Below, piece by piece: positions 38,600-49,879 of a stretch of 64,000 bases of DNA. This DNA is from Hemiscyllium ocellatum (Eukaryota), in assembly GCF_020745735.1 (NCBI RefSeq), contig NC_083408.1, positions 10,788,484 through 10,852,483 of the forward strand, given 5' to 3'. Both the position numbers and the translations under genes were made by a program. Positions within the stretch are counted from its first letter, which is position 1. Every line of letters begins with the position of its first letter. The notes under the pieces were generated by a model, which ran no database searches, was not told where the DNA came from, and saw only the letters and a list, made by a program, of their open reading frames with translations.

Positions 38600-40620
38600 A
38601 GTGCTGCCCTGATTTGACTTACAAAAATGGTATACTTCCCGTTTGACTAAAACAAACTTCATCTGTCACTCCTCGGCCCTTCAGCCTATTTGATCACTGT
38701 CCCGCTGTACTCTGCGTTAACCAGTTTCACTGACCACTGTGCCACCAATTTGGTTTTATCTGCAAGCTGTCCAGCAATTCGAACCATATTCACATTGAAA
38801 TCATTTATATAAACGGCAAAGTCAATTGGATCCTTGTGCACATATTGGGAAAAGGCCTTCAATAAAAATACATATCTCAACCATTACCACCGTCTCTTTC
38901 CTGAGAGCCAATTACTGCCCCACCTGCCCAGATCTCCCTGGAATACAGATTATCTAACCTTGCTAACCTGTTAACTATAAGGAACCTGTTCGAGTGCCTT
39001 ACTGAAGTCATGTCGTCACTCTCTCCTGCTGTACCTCCATCAATTTTCTTCATCACTTTTTCAAACCAAGCAATCAAGTTGGTGAGAAATGATTTCCCAT
39101 GTTCAAAGCAATGTTGACTATCTCTAATCAGTACTTGCCTGTCCAAATACAGTATACCCTCTCCTTGAGAAACCTTCCCCCACAACAAATTACTAATGAC
39201 TGGCGTCAGGATCTGCGTTTTATAATTTACTAACTTTTGCTTCCCACCTTTCTTATCTAAAGGCACATCATTCGCCACCCTTCAGTGTTCCAGCAATTGA
39301 CCTGGACAATCCATGCTGTGATATCTCATCAATGTATCTGTCACTTTCCCCAGCTTCTCACAGCATTCCAGGTACATTGATCACTTCACAGAGAATTATC
39401 TATCTTTATGAATTTTAAGAATTCCAGTTTCTTCCCTTCTGTAATATGGACACATTTCAAGATATCATTGTTTATTTCCTCAAGTTCACTACTGCCCAGA
39501 TCCTTCTTTGTATTAAATACAGGTGTGAAATATTCACTTAGCATGTCACCCATGGCCTGTATTTCCACAAATAGGTGGCCTTGCTGATCTTCAAAACCCT
39601 ATTCTCTCCATAATTACTCTTTTGACGTTCATATGTTTTCAGAAGCACATTGGATTCTCCCTTACACTGTTTGCTGAAGATTAGGCATGTCTGCATTTTG
39701 CCATCCTGATTTCTCTCTTGAATATTATACCATTGCCCTTGATTCAGTTGATTCCTGCTGTCTATAGCTACTCCTTACTTTTCTTGAGCAGAACCACAAT
39801 TTGGCTCGGCAACCAGCAGTCCCCACGCCTATCAGCCCTGACCTCCTCGTTAACAGGAACATGCTGCCTCTAGACACTGAAATCTCATTTGTGAAGGTGC
39901 CTCACTTTCTGCCACTGGCTTCGCCCAGAGACATGATAAACTGCAGATGATGGAATCCAAAATAGACAGCCAAGAGGCTGGAAGAACACAGCAAGCGTGA
40001 CAGTTTCATGAGCTGGAGAAGTCAACATTTCGGGATTGATCCTTTTTCAGGACTGTGAGAAGGCGGCGGGTGGGGGGGGGGGGGGGAGCTGCAGGTAAAC
40101 GAAGTAAATGAGCAATGTGGTGTAGTTGGGAGAGGCCAAGAGAGACACTTTATTTTCTTGCTAACCGAGTTCATCCCACTGCAAAGTTTCTTAAAACGAT
40201 GCGCACTTTGAAGATGTTCTCTGCCTCCTCAGAACTGAGCCCGTCGCTCTGCTTTCCGCTGCAACCTGTAACCAACCGGATTCAATCCTCACATTGACCA
40301 AACAGGTCGTGCCCTCTACTTGTCTCCACCTGTCACCATATCACAACCTTGCCTCTGCCTCCCCCTACACTCACCTCGACTTCAATAAAGGGGTTCGACC
40401 CGAAATGTCGATTTCTCCAACTATTTGAAGTTGCCTGGCTTGCTGCGATATTCCAGATTCCCGACAGTGCTTCGCTTCAAGCCTCCTAGCTGTCAACCAG
40501 GTTCTACCAAATACCTTTTCAAAGTGGTTGCTTCAAACGTTCAAAATTGGCCATATTCAATTTAGAACTTTAGGCTCTACATTAGGAATATTCTTCTCCA
40601 TGATTATATTTAAACTAATA
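38600..40620 (-). mobile_element. CR1 LINE, decayed (endonuclease-linker-RT), interrupted by a fold-back element
   Basis: ORF 38877-39278 (ANDVPL.KKGGKQ...IRDSQHCFEHGKSFLTNLI) and 39386-39568 (LSEYFTPVF). Confidence 0.8.
39925..40464. mobile_element. Fold-back PLE-terminus element, family B, old
   Basis: Left arm CTGGAAGAACACAGCAAGC...GTCAACATTTCGGG and right arm CCCGAAATGTCGATTTCTCCA...GCTTGCTGCGATATTCCAG. The degenerate TSD is CACTGGCTTCGC / CAGTGCTTCGC. Confidence 0.7.
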
Positions 40621-40669
40621 GTCACTGCATCAGTCTCAAGAAGCATAATGACGTTCCTTTGTCTCCGTG

Positions 40670-41210
40670 TAACAGGCATGATACGGCTGAATAGCTTCCT
40701 ACTATCAATCTGCAACTGGCACCATGGGGCTGAATGATCCCCTCCTGTCCCTCTGTTACAAGCATGATGGGGCTGAATGGTCTCATCATGTCCCTCTGTA
40801 AATGGATCCAAAAACCGAGAGGTCCCTCTGTCCATCTGTAACAGGATAGAAAGCTGAATGTTTTCCTTCTGTTCCTCTGCAGCAGGATTGAGAGGGTAAA
40901 TTGTCCCCTCCTGTCATTCTGTAACAGGCTCAGCAGGATAAATGGCCTCATCCGTTCCCATTGAACAGGCACAATAAGACTAATGCCCTCCACCTGTCTC
41001 TCTGTCACACGGTCGAGGGATTGAAAGGCTTCCTTCTGTCCCTCTGTAACACGCACGCTGAGGCTGAATGGTCTCCTTCTGCCCCTCTATAACAGATGCG
41101 AGAGGCTAAATGGCTTCCACATATTCCTCTGTTTCAAGCATTGTGGGGACAAAATTCCTTCCTCCTGTTCCTGAGCAGCAGTCGTGATGCTCTGAATGAT
41201 GTCTTCATGT
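40670..41210 (+). repeat. ~42-bp tandem array (~13 diverged copies) derived from the CR1 3'-terminal sequence
   Basis: Unit ~GGGGCTGAATGGCCTCCTCCTGTCCCTCTGTAACAGGCACGA. It resembles the CR1 tail at ~53220-53280 (GCAGGCTCGAAGAGCCGAAT...CTGCTCC). Confidence 0.8.
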
Positions 41211-41711
41211 CATGAAAGAATTTCACAATTATGAATTTAAACTAGTCGCAGCACTACACAAATTCAATGGGCAAGAAATATGGTCTCTGGAAATTTCCCA
41301 TCATCTTAGACAGTTGGTCAGTTAAATTATCCCTGTCTACCTGTACGAACATGGTGCAACATATGCAACTGTGCAGTGTTCTGGCACTATTCTCACATAC
41401 TGAGAAGAAAGATTTTAAAAAGATTGAAAGTTTTATCGTCCTTCCCTAAGCCGCAATCATTCATTCTACCCAGACTGAGTAAATATTCCCCTTTATTGTG
41501 ATATGAAAAGTGCTAAGGGAGGGGTTAACTGAACCTGTCTGTTCGGTGACTTGCACTGATGTCAGTCTCCATGGAATTTGCATTATCCCAGTGGAAAGTT
41601 TCTATCTGTAATGATAATGTCGCTCCATTCGATATGTTATCCCATAGTCTGAGTGGAACCACCAACGACAGAGCTAAAAGGGATCAGCAGCTTCAGTGAG
41701 AGAGACGGAGT

Positions 41712-41888
41712 GATCAGAATCTCAGCACCTTCGACTGTAAAGCTCCAAGAATGGACAGGAAATTACATTGGGATATTTGGCTTTTTCGACATTTTATGAT
41801 CGATGGTCATTGCCAAATCGGATCATACATGCAATTTACATTATTCAATATTTTTACTATCCATTCCTGGCTATTGCTGGTGTCCCTG
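41712..41888 (+). pseudogene. First coding exon of a GPR139/GPR142-like orphan GPCR; one frameshift (pseudogene or assembly error)
   Basis: ATG at 41751 gives MDRKLHWDIWLFRHF, then a -1 shift gives YDRWSLPNRIIHAIYIIQYFYYPFLAIAGVP. A perfect donor G|GTAAGT follows at 41888/41889. The YYPxLAxxGVP TM1 signature is present. No downstream exon was recognised in the window. Confidence 0.72.
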
Positions 41889-43009
41889 GTAAGTCCCACT
41901 TCTTAGCCATTGATTCTATAAACCGTGTTTCACTGTAATACTGTTCTTTTCATTGACTCTACTATTCTTACAGCTGTTATTGGTCCTGCTGAGTTACTAA
42001 ATCCAGATATTCAATCCAGAGACCACTACTAACTGCATCAGGGAACTTTTTTATTCACTTTCCCTCTTTTTCCTTCTGGCAGAATCCCTCGTAGATCTTT
42101 ATGTTGACCTTCTCATTTTCAGCTGTAAACCACGTTTCATGGTTTCACTGCCCTTATTATCTCAGTGTTGACAGGTCGCTGTCATATTTTCAGATTATAA
42201 ACTCAATTTACTGCGTCTGACTCCATCCCATCCCTGGTCAATATCTGAATCTGAAACAGACGAATCACAAGTTTGGTTATCTCTTTGGCAATGAGCTGAT
42301 TCCTGACATCATACCTCGACCATTCTGACTTTCAGCTGGCACCTTCAGAAGAAATTTCACTGTTTCGTCTCATCTGCTATTTAATACTTGAGCTACGCTG
42401 TACAGCCTTAATGACAGCAATAATCTGTTTCCCAGTCTCAAACCTGCAGAAGGAATTCTGAGTCGATAGTCCATGGCTGGGATCCATACTCACATAAAAA
42501 TACCATCCATGTATTATTCCTGAGCGGATTGATTTATATAGATATTGTGCCTGGCGTTGCCTTTATTATAACATACTCAAGCCCATCCTCACATCTGTCC
42601 ATCGTCTATTCCTCTATCTTCCTGTATCAATTCTCCCAATGTCTGCCATTGTTCGTACATAACCTGATTTTTTTCCATGTGTATTCTCTGTCAGACAATG
42701 ATACAACTATATGTGATTCCTTTAAACTCCTCCACCATAGGGTCGTGGGCACAACTAACTATATGGCACTTCGAGGCCAAATTAAATGCAGAAGTTAACT
42801 AACCTTAATGACAATTGGGAGACATGATCCTAATTACCATCACCCCAGATGGAATGAAATTTTCAGCGGATGGGTAGAAACATGCTACATAACATTGAGA
42901 AGTGACATATGCAAATGCAAATATATGGAAATTAAAAGGTAAACAGAAATTTTGTTTCAAGCTTAAAATATATATGATAACAAATGTCATCTGTTGTCAT
43001 CGAAAATAA

Positions 43010-43299
43010 GGCGTCACGGTGGCACAGCTGTTCGCACTGTTGCCTCACAGTGGCAGAAACCCGGGTTCAATCCTCCCTCAGGCAACTGTCTGTGTGGAAT
43101 TTGCACCTACCCCCTGTGTCTGTGTGGGATTTCTCCAGGTGCTCCGGTTTCCGCCCCATAGTCCAAAAATGAGTAGGTTAGGTGAATTGTCTGTATTCTT
43201 ATGTGGAGCCGAATGGGTCTGGGTGGGTTGCTATTCAAAGTGACGGTTTGGACCTTTTGGACTGAAGGGCCTGTTTCCACGCTGTAAGTAATCGAATCA
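43010..43299 (+). mobile_element. HE1-type V-SINE
   Basis: GGCGTCACGGTGGCACAG head, B box GGTTCAATCC, V-domain, and tail GGACTGAAGGGCCTGTTTCCACGCTGTAAGTAATC. Confidence 0.88.
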
Positions 43300-43952
43300 T
43301 GACACTTGCACGAATAAATTAAATATCAATCTGCCTGGTATGTGGAAGCGTATCAGGATTGCAGTAACAAATTGGAAGTTTCATTATGGGATCTCTGGTT
43401 GTTAAATTCGTATTATCAGGATTTTTCTAGATGGAGATATCATTGGATCTCTTTATTTGGAAATAAAAATCGAATGTCAAGGGAGAATGTGAATAATACG
43501 CAGGGGAAAGACACGATGAAATATAATTATAATTCATGACTTCCCTGGATATATTCTCACTATACCGTACACATTTTCCACGAGGGAAGGAAATCAGCCA
43601 GCAGATAATCCCTGAGTTCCTCGTGTTTATTTTCCATTTCATAGCAGGAATCACGATAAATGATTTCCTGTGGGTATGAAGCATAGCTTGAATATCCCGG
43701 CTTGTGAGAAACGTGGCGAAATCAGCGAATGGAGCAAAACAACTGATCAGCCTGAATGAAATCTGTGAATTTATTAACTTCACGCTGACCTGAGAACCCG
43801 CAAATCCAGTGCGAGAAATGGAAAGGAAGTGTTTTATTAACAATGGCATTATCGGATGGCAAAAAATGAGGTCTGCAGATGCTGGAGATCACAGCTGAAA
43901 ATGTGTTGCTGGTTAAAGCACAGCAGGTTAGGCAGCATCCAAGGAATAGGAA

Positions 43953-43988
43953 ATTCGACGTTTCGGGCATAAGCCCTTCATCAGGAAT
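43953..43988 (-). ncRNA. Minimal type I hammerhead ribozyme motif, best-preserved copy
   Basis: Minus strand: ATTC-CTGATGA-A-GGGC-TTAT-GCCC-GAAA-CGT-C-GAAT. Stem I is 4 bp, stem II is 4 bp, stem III is the palindrome ACGT, and the cleavage triplet is GUC. Confidence 0.8.
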
Positions 43989-44325
43989 GAGGAGAGTGTG
44001 CCAAGCAGGCTAAAATAAAAGGTAGGGAGGAGGGACTTGGGGGAGGGGCGATGGAGATGTGATAGGTGGACGGAGGTCAAGGTGAGGGTGATAGGCCGGA
44101 GTGGGGTGGGGGCGGAGAGGTCAGGAAGAAGATTGCAGGTTAGGAGGGCGGTGCTGAGTTGAGGGAACCGACTGAGACAAGGTGGGGGGAGGGGAAATGA
44201 GTAAACTGGAGAAATCTGTCCATTTTCCTCACCTTGACCTCCTTCCACCTATCACATCTCCATCGCCCCTCCCCCTAGTCCCTCCTCCCTACCTTTTATC
44301 TTAGCCTGCTTGGCACACTCTCCTC

Positions 44326-44361
44326 ATTCCTGATGAAGGGCTTATGCCCGAAACGTCAAAT
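44326..44361 (+). ncRNA. Minimal hammerhead ribozyme motif (G>A change next to the cleavage site)
   Basis: ATTC-CTGATGA-AGGGCTTATGCCC-GAAA-CGT-C-AAAT. Confidence 0.7.
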
Positions 44362-44639
44362 TTCCTATTCCTTGGATGCTGCCTAACCTGCTGTGTTTTA
44401 ACCAGCCACACATTTTCAGCCATTATCGGATGGAGACATGGTGTGTCTGTGCATGTTGAATAACCAGAAGCAATAAGAGTGTGTTCAGAACGGAAGTGAA
44501 AGTTGCGGGTGACTGCAACTTTGTCTGCTTGTGCTCCTTACCCCATTGACAACCTGTGATATATTTTGAGTGAGGAAAGGTGGCAGTGTGTGTGTGTATT
44601 GTACAGACGTGTGTGTCGCTTACATCGTGATACGTGTTT

Positions 44640-46200
44640 GCCTCCCGTCCACAGCAACTTCTTTCCTGCTCCCACTCCTATAACCACGACGGAGTGAAAG
44701 TAACCAAAACTAGCAGATAGAACAATAAATGGAATAGTGTTGATAAATGACGAACAGACATTAAATAATAACGTAAAATTGGGATTGTACCCGTTCTGAT
44801 CAATATTGCAGACGTCCAGGTGCTGGAGTATTGCTTAAAAATGGAAAATGAAGTTTGTTAAATAATGCAGTATTGCAAAACTCTGCTGAGAATCACCGGA
44901 GCTACGAAATACATAGAATGCCAGTCTTTCATTTCAGGAGGCACAGAGGGAGACACTGAAAGACATTGTCACGCGAATTAATACCTGATTTTCCATCGTT
45001 TATTTAGTAGATATGCTGCTGGACAATTAAAGTATACAGTCTGAAACAGATTATCAGAGAATTAAAGCTGTAGGATGATGAAACTCAAATGGAATAAGTA
45101 CGGCTACAGAGGAAGACAACGAAGATGCAGTTAGATGGAGGAGCCATAATTGAAGTACTTGCGTTAACAATTAATCAATTAATTGAGAGAGAACAAGAAG
45201 ACACTTGAAATCGTCAACAAAATCAACCGTGTCATGCCTATGGGTTGTGGATGATCCGCCAGAAAATGCACAACTTGTATCAAACAACGAGTGAAGAGGT
45301 ATGTGATTGGGTCAGCTTTACTCAATTAGCACAATTGATTCGTTTGTAGAGGACATTAGATGATTGCACATCAGAGGTACTAAAGAAGGTCGATCTATCC
45401 AGTAGTCAGGCCATTTTCCCTGTAAAATACGCTCATTTTCACACGGTGAATGATGTGGTATCTAAAGAAATGACTTTCCCCATTACTACCTCTGAAGACG
45501 TAAATGTATATTGAATTAAATCACTCTATGGCGTCACTTGTTTTATAATGAAAAGACTACCATACATCTATACCGAATCTGACTAGGAAACCGAGATATG
45601 TGTGAATTTGGCCATACTGAAAGGAGCATGCTTGAAATCACCCAAGTCACCATATACTTTACTCACTCAAAATATCAGTGGAAGAGGACAGTATTGCGTA
45701 CCTTTGAATGAAATGACATACGGACATGGAAGCTTAAATTATTCTATTCCATTTCCTGATTTTTCTTCGCTGCCTGCAAGTCATTTACTATTGGCCAAGT
45801 TCCGATGATGCACATCAAGCAAGGAAACTGGGAAGTCCTTCCGTTAGCTGGTACGCTTAGTGATAAACATATAGATATTAAAGAAGTGGACACAGTCCCT
45901 ATTCCACATTTAAGTGAATATTTCAGGACAGAAGATAAGTAGTACAATTGCACCACGAGCTACAAAGAAACCGAAGTTCTTGAAGAAGACAGAGGATGAG
46001 AAATGCAGAAATGAATGTGGAGGGAGTAAGCATGGAACTGTGGAATACACATTACTATAAGTCACTGGATCAGGACAGTGTGCCATACAGTCGCAGGAGT
46101 TCAGGGTGATGACTCGAATGTCACATCAACAATATAGATTTAACAGAAAAGTATGGAACCTGATAAAGGAGAAACTAAAAATGCGAAAAGGACTCAGTCC
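44640..46200 (+). pseudogene. Decayed env/class I fusion-glycoprotein-like ORF (retroelement-derived, possibly lokiretrovirus-like)
   Basis: Pieced translation: NGIVLIND..IVPVLINIADV..YC; basic RRHRGR then LKDIVTRINT*FSIVYLVD; heptad-like IIEVLALTINQLIERE; CHAYGLWMIRQKMHNL..DWVS; GRGQYCV; WIRTVCHTVAGVQ near the end. There are many stops and frameshifts. Confidence 0.45.
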
Positions 46201-48499
46201 AAAATACCAATTTCATTTAATTGAAAGGGATTCCTCAAACGACTTGCCAGGGCAATGAGGCAAGGAATACTGAATAAAGAATTGACACCAAAGTTCATAT
46301 TTAGGACTTTGGATTCGCAGAACTTTCCCAACGGAAGGGATTTTTCGGGATGCCCATGACTGTATAGCAGCATAAAATGGCCTTCCATTCATAGTCTTCG
46401 AAAACCTGGCAGACTGTAGTTCAAAAGCCTCGGAAAACATTTGATTACTGTGCTCTTCAGAAGTGCAACTATCGTGGCTCCAAATAGTAAATCCAAAGTA
46501 GCACAATTATGATAAGTTATGCAGCTGCAGGTAATAATGCTGAAGATACAGATCAGAAAAGTCCACAGCACGTTCAATTCGTGAATGTCACATCAATTTT
46601 TAATTATAGGTTTTAAATAAAATCCTGCGATGGTTAATGTCTAATTGTTTATTTTTAGTTAACCTATATAGAAAATGTCACGAAATCCAATCTACTAAAC
46701 GATTCAAACAAAGTGTGAGGGTCAATCAGCCTCAAATATTAAATAAATTCTCCATATCATTACAGGATTAATAAATCACAGGTACACACACTAGTCGATA
46801 ATGGAATGTGGTATGAATGAATCCATTGTTGAAAACACAAGGATAAAGTTAGGACTGGCTGGAAAATTAACATGGTTTCTACTCGTAAATGTTTGGGGCA
46901 GTATGCACGAGACTATTGTGTCCATCTTGAAAACTCCAAATAGGGAGCTCAGAGAGGATAGAAAACATAATGAGTCTCATGATGTGCGAGGGATTGACTG
47001 CAGCCTTGCACATAGAGTTCCATAGAAAAATGTGACCATCTTAATTGAAAACTATGTAACTATACAATCATATCATTGGTTTGTAAATGTTAAAGAGCGG
47101 AATGAAATAAATATATTGAAAAAATGTTTCCTTTGTTCAGAGAAGACCTTTTTATATTTTGTGATAATCACTTCCCACTGGTGTAACATCAATCAAAAGC
47201 TTTGATGCTGGTTTTGGTATTTTCTACCCAAACATATTGCTCTGACAATTGAACCATACATCTTTTGCTGTTTAGATATCTGAATAGGCTGATGGAACTG
47301 CATCAAGGCGACTCAGATGCAAAGTTATTCATTCAATTCTACCTCGATTCATGAATTCGTGGATCATTCTGACTTTTTGAAGCACACAATTTTAGAATTT
47401 ATCATCTACTGTCTGGGTATAACTAGAAATTCAAACCATCACCAAGGATGAATTACTGAAAGATTAGACAGCTGAAGTCTTTGGGGTGAATGTACTGCAC
47501 TGGTGGCCTGAGACAATCGAGGCTCTGGAACTTATAATTATATGGAAATTAGTGCAGGTTTCCAAGTTAATTTATATTCTGAAAATAAAATGGAAAACCT
47601 TTCTATCTTTGCATTAACAGATCAGGCGTCCCCCACTATGCCCATTCTCTCCAAAGTAAATATTCTGGCGATTACCATCGACTGGAAATTCAGTTGGACA
47701 CTCTTTCCAATAAAATGGCAACAACAGCAGGTCAGAGATGGGTAGCCCTGTAGCGAGTGACTGGGGACGTGATATTTCAAATCCTGCACTCCACCTTCAA
47801 GCAACAACTCAGAAGTGTTGTGTTAATGATGCAGATCCAAGAATGTTGAAAATAAACTTGGGTCCGTCCTGAACAAATGAGCTCACGTGATTGGCACATT
47901 CACCAACAAGCAATCTCTCCAAAGTAAACGTTGAAAGTGAGCAGCGCACATTATGGACAAGATGCACTGCCAAATTTGAACAACAATGCTTTTCCACACC
48001 CATGGCCATTATCAACTTGAACAATGGTTACACTCGTACATGCAAAATTATTTCCAAGCCAACAACCGGGTTTAATGTGTATACTCATTCAATCACTATT
48101 GCTAATTCAAAATCAATCATTTTCTGTGAACAGCATGGTCGATAGACACACAGCACATGATTTGTTGCTGTTCTGGGAGGCAGACTATACCCACCTGTTC
48201 ATGACAACACAGGGACTAACGATAATTTCTGGAACACAAGCGACACCCACTTCCCATGAAAGTGTCAATGAATTTGCAAAGAATCCATCTGGGTTTAACG
48301 AGGAGACAGAACAAAATTGTTCATCCTGCAGTACAGGCGATGTCACCAATTTTTCCATTGATCAATAAGAAGAGAATATATTGATTCTTGTCATTAGCGA
48401 CTGCAAACAGAGTGGAAGCACTCGGCTGCTTATATCAGAAGTATTGATTGAATTATCCGTAGGGCGCATTGACTGTCTTATGCAAATGGTGATATTAGA

Positions 48500-48840
48500 G
48501 AAAAAGAGCCGCTAGTGTTTAGAGCAGAACCGTGTTTAAGACTGCTGCCAGTGATCCAGGTTCAATGCCACCCACGGGAAACTGTACGATTGCAGTTGTC
48601 ATGTTCTTCTTCAGGTACTTCGGTTTCCTATCATTAGCTAAAGAAATGCAGATTATATGGATTGGCCATGTTAAATTTCCGATAATGGCCAGTGACATGC
48701 TGTGAAGTTGGATGAATCATGGGAAAGACAAGGACATATAAAGTAGGGTTTTTATATGGGTAGGATGCTCATCCGAGGGTCTGTATGTATTCGGTTGCTG
48801 AAATAGGTGGTTTCACAGTATTCTTTGAATCTATGCTTTT
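48500..48840 (+). mobile_element. HE1-type V-SINE, heavily decayed
   Basis: B box GATCCAGGTTCAAT, then CAGGTACTTCGGTTTCC and GGATTGGCCATGTTAAATT as in the other HE1 copies. Confidence 0.6.
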
Positions 48841-48859
48841 TGTTTGTTCAGAAAACTCA

Positions 48860-49555
48860 CCATTGTGAGGTGCCTGACAGGGATGTATGCATTGTCTGCT
48901 ATCGACCGAGCAACATGGTCATTGTGAAAAGTATTTCACAGACATAGTGCTAAGTGGATATTCCAAAATCGTAAAACATGAATTACTCAAGGATTAAACT
49001 GTGCAGCATCATCTGTCCTGATCAATTTTCTGGAAATTACTATTGACCAGAAAGTAAAGTGGATTCACCATATAAAAATAATAGCTGTAAGTGTGAAGCA
49101 GAGGCTAAGTACAATAAACACGTGAATCACGTTGAGACTCCGACGACTTCCCACCTTAAATCAATAGTGCGATCGGATACAACACATCTGCCCAGACGAA
49201 TTCATTCCAACGACAGACAAAGCACGTTGACCCAGTTCAGAAGAAATCAGCTCGCTTGAATGACACTATATAGAAGGACAATGGCATCATATATTCGGTC
49301 ACACGAGAACCAAAAATATAACCTCCAAGTTACACACTATTCCGACTTGGATATATTTTATCGTGCAATTATCATCGCCTGTTCAAAATCCTGGGAATCC
49401 CTCCCTGGCAAAATTATGGATTTGTCAACAGCACAGAGGCTGCAACAGTTCAAAAACACAACTTTCTGCCACCTTCTCGAGCGTATTTGGGATGAATTTG
49501 AAATGCTCGCCCGCCGGTGACACTGCTGTCTCACAAGAAGGAATTATAAAAATGT
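48860..49555 (+). mobile_element. CR1/L2-type LINE 3' fragment, decayed
   Basis: ILEITIDQKVKWIHHI and SKSWESLP..IMDLSTAQRLQQFK motifs. The tail resembles that of the SINE at 1160-1485. Confidence 0.55.
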
Positions 49556-49879
49556 AGGATACGCATGATTGCCAATGGAAAAAGAAACATGATTGTTTCT
49601 AAAATCTTCAGGACGTTTCGTTTACCAAACCTGACTACGACATAGGAGAAGGCTTATTTTTTTGAGTTGGATACGACTCATAGAAGGAAAATAATGGACT
49701 TTGTTATGAGAAACATTGTCGTGACTTTCCAGAGAACAGTCAAATAAACAAACAAATATGCAAATACACAAAATATGACATAGATCAGATACCAGGAATA
49801 TCGGCGAATGCAAGATTCAATGAGAGGTAAGAGCAGAGGGAGATCAATACAGGTTCAATTACCGTGTTGGTGACATTGA

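Larger units (their letters stand above)
43860..44420. mobile_element. Fold-back PLE-terminus element, family A, with 13-bp TSD
   Basis: ~194-bp near-perfect inverted arms (43894-44087 and 44227-44420), a 139-bp spacer and a 34-bp tail on the left only. The TSD CATTATCGGATGG is at 43847-43859 and 44421-44433. Confidence 0.95.

Noticed and set aside
41240-41340. GKKYGLWKF as a remnant of GPCR exon 2 (GKCGLSK)
   Set aside because: The similarity is too short, there is no acceptor site, and no following TM2-TM7 sequence is seen.
43010-43085. tRNA gene
   Set aside because: The A/B boxes belong to a SINE head followed by the V-domain and a LINE tail, and there is no complete cloverleaf.
47800-48370. 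Short ORFs (for example QDGPKFIFNIL) as a cellular exon or integrase
   Set aside because: There is no extended motif support on either strand, so it is left unassigned.
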